Positions 60,224-64,000 of a stretch of DNA of 64,000 nt are shown piece by piece. The position numbers and the translations under genes are program-made. The notes beneath the pieces were generated by a model that worked only from the letters and a program-made list of their open reading frames with translations, ran no database searches and was not told where the DNA came from. The first letter of the stretch is position 1; every line of letters begins with the position of its first letter. Source of the stretch: Lepidodermella squamata (taxonomy: Eukaryota; Animalia; Gastrotricha); assembly GCA_047495785.1 (NCBI GenBank), contig JBLDXI010000046.1:992001-1056000 (forward strand), given 5' to 3'.

Positions 60224-62350
60224 TCATTCATGAACTCCCTTCGATTCGAGCAGCTTGATAATTTCGGGCAGATTCAATGTTCGAGCTAAAGCAAATGGAG
60301 TCAAGTTCAATCGATTTTTTGAAGAAGCCATGATCTGCGAATTTTCCAAAAAGTAAGCAACGCCCTCCTTCCAATTCTTCTGAATAGCTGTATGAAGTAG
60401 GCAATTTTCGAAATTCAGAGAGTCCCGAATAAACAAAGCAACGCCTTTGGCTGCCGAAAATTTCAGCATATCCAGGTTGCGATTTTGAGTTGCGAAAATG
60501 ACAACTCTACGAAAGTATTTGTCACTTCGTGTAATTTGGGCGCCGAATTCTTCGACTAGAACCCTAGCCATTTCGACTGAATTGGCGTGCTTAACTGCAA
60601 AGTGAATCGCATAGTAACCCTTCTCGTGATCGAGTTCGGAATCAGCCAGGGTTGGGTAGAACTTGAGGATCAGTCGAACCAGGGCGATCTCAGTGTTCTT
60701 GATAGCCTTTATCAAGCCATCGGTCATAACTTGGATTTTGCGATCGTGATCATGATTTTTCGTGGCTTCAAGCATAAATTCGACAATGTCAATATTTGCC
60801 ATTTCGAAAGCATCTTTCATGACGCTGCTGCCTTCATCGTCGTAATCGTCGAAAATATACCGATTTTTGCTGAAATCCGGGTAAAGCGATTCGACTTCGT
60901 CAATATTAGCCGTCGAAATAGCGTGTTGAAGCCGCGAAAGAACTTCAAGCCTCTGTAAAAAAAATAAAAAAATATAGGTGCGCCAAATACTAAATAATCC
61001 CCCTAAATTTAGGGTTCTGGAACTAAATTGAAGGATCCAGAACAGGATTTCCCAATATATGGGCTTTCAGAGTTTGGAGTCTTCCATTGAAGCTCAATTT
61101 TCGAATTGAAATTTTTTCAATTTTTACAAAGAAATTTAAAATTAAAAAAACTTAGGCCCACAAAATATTCAAATTTTCCCACGAATTACCTCGTCGAATT
61201 GCTCGGTTTCAATAGGATCCACGACGAAATCAACGCCCAATTCTCGAAAACAATTCAAGGTGTCTAGAACTTGAAGCTCGGTCGAAGTTGATCTCAAAGC
61301 GATGCGTCCAGGAAAGGCAGTAAATTTCCGAACCTTGGCGCAATAAATTACAGAAAAATTCAGAAAAATCCCAATTTTTACCTTGTCCCATTGTTTTGCG
61401 AATTTCGTTCTCAAAGCGGCAATTTTTTCAAGTTTGATCGCTGCGACCGATTTCGAGGCCAAATTTAGCCCAGCCAGCATTAAATTCGAGTCAAATTCAA
61501 CCTTCATGTTGTCGATAGCTTTACTTCTCATCTTTTCGGCGATTTCGAAGGCTTCCTCGTGCAATCTGCTTCGCATCTCTTCAATATCCTGGGTTAACTT
61601 GCGCTCAACCATTGAGCAGAACGAATCAATTTTTTCGGCGATTTTCATCCGTTGGTCGTCGGCCTCGGATAACCAATCGTTAAGTTTTGACGGATCGGCT
61701 ACATTCGAGACATGTTCCATAATCTACGGAAAATTAACGTCGAAATTAACAGCTGATTTCAGCCGGTTTTTACCTTGGTTCGCGTGGCTAAAATTTCCTG
61801 TTTCAGATTTTCCGCATGCAAAAACCGGCAACCCTCGCAGAAAAGTTTCAAGCAATGCGGGCACTCGACAGGGTTCGAAGAAACGGCCAAGTGGATGCAT
61901 TTGTCTGACAGAGATTTCGAAAAATCCTCCTCATTTTCGGCATCAGAATCGGGGGTTCTTGCTTGATTTTCACCCTCTGCCAAAGATTCTAAAGTTCTGA
62001 CAAGGGACACATTTCGGGCAAAAGCTGTAATTTAGTGAAAAATTTCAAAAAAGAAACTTGGAATAATTTTTGTAATGAAAAACCTCTCGGATCCCCGCTT
62101 GGCATTGCGGAAATTCTGCGGCATTCTGGGCACATGATCGATGACTTATCCGGCTGATTGTTCACAATTCTGACCAGGCATCCGAGGCAGAAAGAATGCC
62201 CGCAGGCAGGCAAAACCCTCGGATCAGAGTACAATTCGTAGCAAACTGGGCACGATAGCGACTGAAATTAAAATTCATGAATTAAAAATTAAGGCGGGCG
62301 ATTCGAAAAATATTTACCGTTTGAACATTGCTTCTTCTGCGCTGGTTCAT
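60224..62350 (-). CDS. RING / variant B-box / coiled-coil / ankyrin protein, copy 5 (tandem paralog of copy 4)
   Basis: Same exon layout as copy 4; KCIHLAVSS, ADPSKL and KGYYAIHFAVKH are close to the copy 4 sequences. Confidence 0.85.
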
Positions 62351-62759
62351 GATTATTTTTACTTTAATTAAGAAAATTTCCTAACAGATTGAAAAATTGG
62401 AAACTAGACACTTTTAGCTTTGCAGGAATGAAATAGGGCGAATTCAGGAATTGACCTAATGCAAGAATTTTAATTTTTAAATTATAAATGATCTAAAATC
62501 CGAACTTGGTTTTCCTTCAAATTTAGCCCGAAAAGTTTAACCCTAACCCAATTACGAAAAATTTTCCGAGCTTGGCCATAATTGGCAAAATAGAAAAATT
62601 TAGCTAATTTTCTGGAAAATCAAGGATAAATTTCACATCTTCGGCCAAAATTACAGAATTTTCCGAGTGAAAGCATAATTTTTTCTCAAGTTACTCTCTA
62701 TAGCAGCAGATTTATTGAAAACAGCGGAAGAAAATCTGGTACAATAGAATAAAATCTCG

Positions 62760-63230
62760 CAAATACACCATGTTTCTTAAACAATTTGACAATTTCTGGC
62801 TGTTTAATTTGTTTGGCCAGCGCCAAAGGTGTCACCTTGATTCAACCAGCTTCGACCAATTCCATATCCAATTTATTAAAATGATCCATAGCGTCGAAAA
62901 ATGAACACTCGGCATCTTCAGCTATCAACGAAATGCGGCCCAAATATGTCGGAAAATTGGCGGTCTACCAGAACAATTTCAAATTTTTCTGAACCGTGAA
63001 GTGGATAATTTTCGAAATTAACCAAAGTCCCGGGAAAACCTTTGGTTCTGCATTGATTTTGAGTTGCAAAAATGACAACAGAACGAAATTGCCACTTCGT
63101 TCAACTCGACTAGAATCCTAGCAATTTCAATTGAATTGCCACGTTTGCTTCTCGATCCATCCATAATGGTTTCGATCGCTTTCATATCGACGAGTCTTAC
63201 CCGTTCCACTTCGACTTAAATTGTCTGTTC
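62760..63230 (-). pseudogene. Decayed ankyrin-exon remnant of the same RING-ankyrin family
   Basis: gattttgagttgcaaaaatgacaac and cgactagaatcctagc match 60481-60570; GNSIEIARILVE and TPLALA remnants with frameshifts. Confidence 0.6.
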
Positions 63231-63723
63231 TGCTCTCTTGGTTTGTCCATTTGTCTTCCAGGTCAAGGCTAAATCTATAAATATCTGTGCTATAAATAGC
63301 GTTCTAAAAATAGTCGCAATATTAGTTAGCAAAACAACGCCACCGTAGCCTATAGAGGGGCGCTAGAACCTTTTCGCTCGTAGTTCCAGCTGCAAAAGTT
63401 TCTAAACTGAAAATGAGCTTCACTTCATTGCAGAGGGTAGAATACTAAATAAATTAGTCATAAAAATATGCATACATTCTATCTAACAAAGCCTTTTGAA
63501 TTGCAGGCGAGCGGAAGAATTTTGTACCATGGAGCGGATAAAACTTATCCCGCAATGTTTCAGCTGTCTTGTTTTGCCGTAGGTGTTTGTTAGCAATGAC
63601 GAGCTTCGGTGCTATTTTCGTGCAAAAAACGCCTATAAATTGCCGCGCTAATCGCTCAGTTTTCATGTGCATTTTTTCAAACCAACTTCAAGACCTTTCT
63701 CTCTTCAGTTTCAAATTCGAGCC

Positions 63724-64000
63724 ATGTCTATCAAGCTTGCAACCGTCGTTGCCCTGGTGTTTTTCGCTGGCTTATGCGCGGCGGGTAAGCGTTTTCACGG
63801 GAAAATAAGAAGATTTTATTCATAATTCTTTAATCTGTGCAGACTACCAAGAGGAGGAAACTTACGACTGTCGAGCTGTTTCGGGCACAGACTACAGAAC
63901 CGAAAGCGTGGGCAACATGATCAAGAAAATTTTCTACACCGAACAGAACCAGATAACTCCAGGCGATTGCATGGATCTCTGCGATGCGGATCCCAAGTGT
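63724..64000 (+). CDS. Small secreted PAN/apple-like protein, paralog of 17934-18339 (truncated by the window end)
   Basis: MSIKLATVVALVFFAGLCAA; phase-1 intron 63785-63842; then DYQEEETYDCR...CMDLCDADPKC. Confidence 0.7.

Noticed and set aside
62538-62550. TTAACCCTAACCC telomere-like sequence
   Set aside because: Only two units; expected by chance.

Overview
This is eukaryotic (metazoan invertebrate) genomic DNA. It is gene-dense, with short (~50-nt) GT-AG introns; the taxon cannot be determined from the window. Recognisable conserved genes are ERCC6/CSB, a TBC1D1/TBC1D4-like PTB-RabGAP and YDJC. They sit among lineage-specific genes: (i) an intronless 1627-aa Cys-loop ligand-gated channel subunit carrying five tandem LamG/pentraxin-like domains and a mucin-like stalk, head-to-head with a second divergent nAChR-like subunit; (ii) a family of TRIM-like RING / variant B-box / coiled-coil / ANKYRIN genes (5 reconstructable copies, 2 decayed); (iii) an ankyrin-repeat protein with an apparent signal peptide and GPI-like tail; (iv) intronless orphans with PD-(D/E)xK-like and HEPN-like nuclease motifs; (v) a Ly6 protein, a CD225-like protein, a permuted papain-fold peptidase, a tail-less GABA-B-like GPCR, a triplicated FN3-like membrane protein and two PAN/apple-like secreted proteins. 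There are many MITE/foldback elements. All family assignments come from reading motifs by eye and splicing by hand; no database search was run.
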